NCBI GenBank assembly: GCA_034780895.1
Contig: JAUZTB010000076.1
Coordinates: 17,773,774-17,837,773 of the forward strand
Reading direction: 5' to 3'
Length of the DNA: 64,000 nucleotides
Source of the DNA: Rhynchobatus australiae
Taxonomy: Eukaryota
In this document: positions 59,601-64,000 of the stretch, one piece after another
Position numbering within the stretch: position 1 is the stretch's first letter
Layout of the letters: the number at the start of each line of letters is the position of its first letter
Program-made: the position numbers and the translations under genes
The notes under the pieces: generated by a model
Seen by the model: the letters and a program-made list of their open reading frames with translations, nothing else
Database searches by the model: none
What the model was told of the DNA's origin: nothing

Positions 59601-60884
59601 GTGGCTGTTGTGGTTTGCAATATGTGTAGAAGACCGTTTGTATGATGCAAGGTATTGGGGTGGTGAGAATTGTAATAGCAGAAGGTGTAGTGTGGGGAGG
59701 TGAAGTGTGATGAAATTAGTGTACGGGGATGCTGGGAAGCAGGGGTGGGGTGTGTTGGGAGAATCCCAGCTGAAAATGGTGCCAGACTGGTAACTACACT
59801 GCATCAGTGTGGTTTTAAAAAAGTCAATTTAAGTGAATGTAGCGTTATTACCCTGACGAGGTAATTCTTTCACTTCTGCAGCCACGTCTGTGGAGGTGGC
59901 CTTCTAAGCCGTAACCTCCTCTACAATATCTGCCCGCAGGCACTGGAGTTCCACCTACGGGGTGTTCTATACTCACTGGAAGAATACAATCTTGCTCCTG
60001 CTGTCAACTGCCTGTACCAGAGTCACAAAACCTGCAGCTGGAAACATCCACGTTTCTCCTGCACCTTCTCCAGCCCTGTTATACCAACAAAGAAATGTAT
60101 CTTTTGTCTGCAAATGGAGTGCAACCTCCTTTAAGAGGTGTTGTGTTCCTTTAAGTGGTGCCATACAACCCCTGAAAGGCATAAGCCGTCAGCACCAGAC
60201 TAATGTGGACCTCTGTGACCAAGGAATGGTCACGTGCAGCTGATGGCCTGCCTTCCATTACCCATTGCAGGCATTTGTTTCTCAGATTCAGGAACAGTGA
60301 GCCACCATCATTTTTACAACTCAGATGTTGAATCTGTGGATAGACAAATGCAGAGCTGCTGATTTAACATCAAAGGGTCAATAACTACTTCAAAGAGTGG
60401 ATTGCAGGCTTACACATCAGGAGGGCATACTACCCCAACAGTCCATCTTATTTCCAAGTATTATTTTGAAGGTATGCAAACTGCTAATATTCAACTGCTA
60501 TTAAATAAATCAAATCTATTGTAACTGCACCATATATTCTCTATGTAATTTTGGATATCTAACTTGTGCCACATCTCATTCATCCTTCCTTTGTTCTGTG
60601 GCCAATACTGAGTCCTGCTTAAAATTTACACCATTATTTTCAAACTCTCCCGTGGTCTTATCCTTATTTCTGCAATCTCCTCCTGCCCTACAACCCTCCA
60701 GGACACAGGTGTTCCTTCTATTTCATCCTGTGGTCATTGCTCTGAATTTAATCCCTCCAGTTTTGTTGATTGTGACTTCAGCTGCCCTTAGCTCCAGGAT
60801 TCCCTCCCTAAACCTTGCCCCTTTCCTCCTCAAATCCTAATTTTTCCCTCCTTAAGTCCTTCTGTGGTTTAGTATTAAATTAAT

Positions 60885-61025
60885 ATGAAGGATCTTGACC
60901 CAAAGCATTGACTGTCCATTTCCCTCCATAGATGCTGCCTGACCAACTGAGTTCCTTTGTGTCTCCTCCAGCATCTTGTTTGCATTGCTTCAGGTTCCAG
61001 CATTTGCAGTCTCTTGTGTCTCTCT
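60885..61025. mobile_element. Penelope-like terminal repeat (reverse orientation)
   Basis: cctccatagatgctgcctgacc..ctccagcatc..gcagtctcttgtgtctc is the reverse complement of the family motif. Confidence 0.5.
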
Positions 61026-62084
61026 TGTTAAGTTTTTTGTTTAATACCACTCCTGTGAAGCGCCACGGGATATTCTGTTACCTTTAACACAGGCAAATTA
61101 TTGTTCTATGGCAATCCCAATATTCATCTCAATTACAGGGTGATGCAGCACCTTAAGGAAGAATGTGCACAGTGGCCTAATCTCAGCTTTCTAACTGATA
61201 TTATCATGGTGAACGATATTAAGTGTGCATTGAATTAACGATATGCAGATTCTTTTCCTCCATAAACTGGTAGAACCATGTGCTCCATGTTCCTATAATC
61301 CAGTTGCTCCTGTTTAACGAGTGCCACATTTTATCCCTGAGCTCTATTCCACTTAGTGTCATTGTTCTGCATGATCCTGCATGGTTTCATCAAACAGTTT
61401 CTTTCCCCACTGCTGAGCAAATCTAAATGTCAGGCCATTGGATCTATTACTTGGGCTAAGAGGAAGTAAGTCTTCCTTCACAGATGCTGCTAACCCAGTT
61501 GCTCGGCAGGCAGATAGGAGGGAATAGGGATAGGCCGATAGGACTCGCTTGTTTTTGTGCCCAACCTTTTAATGCTTCATTAAAGACATCAACAGAAGTG
61601 GAATCTCTTACCTGAGGATATTCACTTAAAAATAAAAGGCTGGTTTCTTGCTGTCGGTTTGTCTCTCCGGATTCAGGAGTGTCTGCAATGTGGGAGTGCC
61701 ACAGGGCAAAGGTTGAAGCTTTTGGTAATCTTGGCAGCAAACTGTTTGCTGTGGTTGATCTATACAAGTTGAACATTGGCTAATCTTTAACCAAGCAATC
61801 AAATCAAACTTAGATTTTGCCTTTCCATTCATTCATTATGGTGGCAGTGAACTGAACATACTAAATGCACGCTGTCACACATACCAACAGTTTGAGTTGC
61901 TCTCCACCTAGTCGCTGAAGAAAACAATACTTAATTTGAAATGTAAGCAGGCCGTGAGGTTTGGTTGTGTGCATTTGCAATGTAACCACTTCTGAGCTGA
62001 TTCTCTGCCGCACTAACAGCACTTCCTGTAAGCTTACCCATTCCGGCAGGTCAAATGTTAAAGACAACACTAAACATCATGGTG

Positions 62085-62225
62085 ATACAGAGTAACAAAC
62101 AAACTGCTGCAGGAACTCCGTAAGTCAAGCAGCACCTATGAGGGGAAAGGAACTGTCAATGTTTCCGGTCGAGATCCTGCATCAGGAGTCTCTGGATTCC
62201 AGTATCTGCATTCTCTTGTGTCTGT
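62085..62225. mobile_element. Penelope-like terminal repeat fragment
   Basis: Family motif plus a hammerhead-like core at 62161-62185 on the minus strand. Confidence 0.5.
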
Positions 62226-63499
62226 CATCATGGAGGTACAGTCCGCATTTTCCAGGTGACTATTCAGGTAAGTATGGGTGGATCTTACATTGTTTCAAAG
62301 GACTGTAATTGCAAAACATTTCTCACTATTATCCACAGTTAGGCAGCAAAATACTGCAAGTGCAAAATTAACCCTTAAGGTGTCACAGGGTGGTTGTTGG
62401 ATCTTTAAAGAGAACCGTTTTTGTTCTTTCTGGCTGTTACTAACACTACAAGCAGCAATTTCCACACTGATTCCCAGTGCCAGTACAACAAAGGCACTTC
62501 TTTTGGTCTGTCACTCAGGCCTATCACTCTCCATTTAAATGTTTCCTCTTCTCTCTGGCTTGCAAAGAGGAACTTGAAGCAAGAGGGCCAGTTCTGCTCA
62601 TACTCACACCTGCCTTTTATTCTAGCCAAGGGAAATATTTATCTGTTCCTAGGAGCAATGCACTGGGCACCACAGGTCACAGTCCCCATCTCCTCACCTC
62701 TGCATCTAAAAACATAATGTACCCCAACATCCATAAGAGGGAAACTGATAACATAACCTGGGCTGAGAATTCAGTATGCTGCCATTGAAAATATGATCTT
62801 TTGTATAATATGTTGGATTAAGCTTCATCTGCCTCTCAGGTGTTAAAGACTTCATGGCAATATCAGGAGAATACAGAGGTCTGGTCAATATTCTTCTCTC
62901 ATCCAAGACCACCAATGACCTTTTTATCTAATCTCTATTGATGAGTGTTGTGCAATAGTCACCCTCCTTGCCCCCCAGTAATTAGTTCCATGTGGCAATA
63001 TTTTTGTTACTTTCTGGGTTTATGAAAATATAGTTCTAAATTATCCCATCAACACTTTTGATGGAGTCCAGGTCATGACTTAGAAGGGCCAAACAGCTGG
63101 CAAAATACCACTATTGTATGAAGGCTAGGAGTGGTCCAGACAGATGACAGAAGAGATGCCAAGGAGAGACTAGGGGCTTAGGAAGATCAGAGTGGACATC
63201 TAGGGTTGGGTGGCTACTTTACCTCTGTGCGTGACTAAAAAGACTATTGGTGACAAATGTAGAGTTATGGATTAATCTATTACTATTTTAGAATTTACAA
63301 TTGCTTATCATTGTCGACCAAAGGGGAACACTTACCTCAAACATTTGTAGAAGATTAGAAGACAAAAAAAGGGTGCAAAGATTCATTTCCTCTACGCAAA
63401 TTGATAAAAATACAAGACATCAGTGGGCTTATCTGTTAAATTTATTCCAGCAAAGGCTGTCATTGCCCTCAGAAAGTGATGGAGGGCTTTCTTGGAATC

Positions 63500-64000
63500 A
63501 CACAAACGTACAGCACAGAAACAGGCCCTTTTGGCCCTCTTCGTCTGTGCCAACCATGATGCCTACCTCCACTGAATCTAAGTGCCTACATTAGGCCCAT
63601 ATTCTTCTATGCCTTCCCAATCCTACTACCTTTCTAAGTGCCTCCATCGCCTTCTCTGGCAGCTTGGTGCAGATAGTCACCACCCTCTGTATGAAAAGCA
63701 TATCCCTCAAATCTCTTTAAAATTTCTCCCCTCTCATGCTAAATCTGTGCCCTCTAGCTCTGGAACCGACCTCCCCTGCCCTGGGAAAAAGATTCAAACT
63801 ATCTACCCTACCCATGCCCCTCATCATTTTATAAACCTGTGTAAGGTCAGCCCTCAGCTTCCTTTGATCCAGTGAGAATAAACCCAGCCTATCCAATCTC
63901 TCCTTACAATTACAGCCCTCCGTTCCAGGCAGCATCCTGGTGAATCTCTTCAGCATCCTCTCCAGAGCTACCATGTCCTCCTTATAGGGTGGTGACCAGC
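63500..64000 (-). mobile_element. CR1 LINE 3' fragment
   Basis: ALERMLKRFTRMLPG..ERLDRLGLFSL..VYKMMRGMGRV. Confidence 0.88.

Noticed and set aside
59973-60182. Myb/SANT-like (Harbinger) remnant LVQAVDSR
   Set aside because: The similarity is too short to support a call without a search.

Overview
Vertebrate genomic DNA from a gapped draft assembly. The repeat content (CR1 LINEs, Rex1/Babar, RTE, V-SINEs, DeuSINE/SacSINE-like copies, Penelope-like terminal repeats) points to a cartilaginous fish, probably a ray; this is an inference. The main gene is a complete 12-exon AP-1 adaptor mu subunit on the minus strand (CDS 38244 to 5993, about 424 aa), whose residues best match ap1m3 (mu1C), the paralog lost in mammals. 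Its intron 2 is a minor-spliceosome (U12) GT-AG intron; exon 4 is partly in a gap, and exon 10 is split by a 10-N gap that appears to contain no real bases. About 5.7 kb upstream on the same strand is the terminal coding exon of a C1orf210/TEMP (LRRC19-TM family) membrane protein, whose 5' exons could not be placed. The oddest feature is one intact, GC-rich coronin (CORO1A-like) exon on the + strand inside ap1m3 intron 10, flanked by a G-tract, a ~71-bp minisatellite and a gap; it is either a misassembly or an inserted fragment. No new biological system can be claimed with confidence. Paralog assignments and repeat names rest on recalled sequences, and repeat boundaries are approximate.
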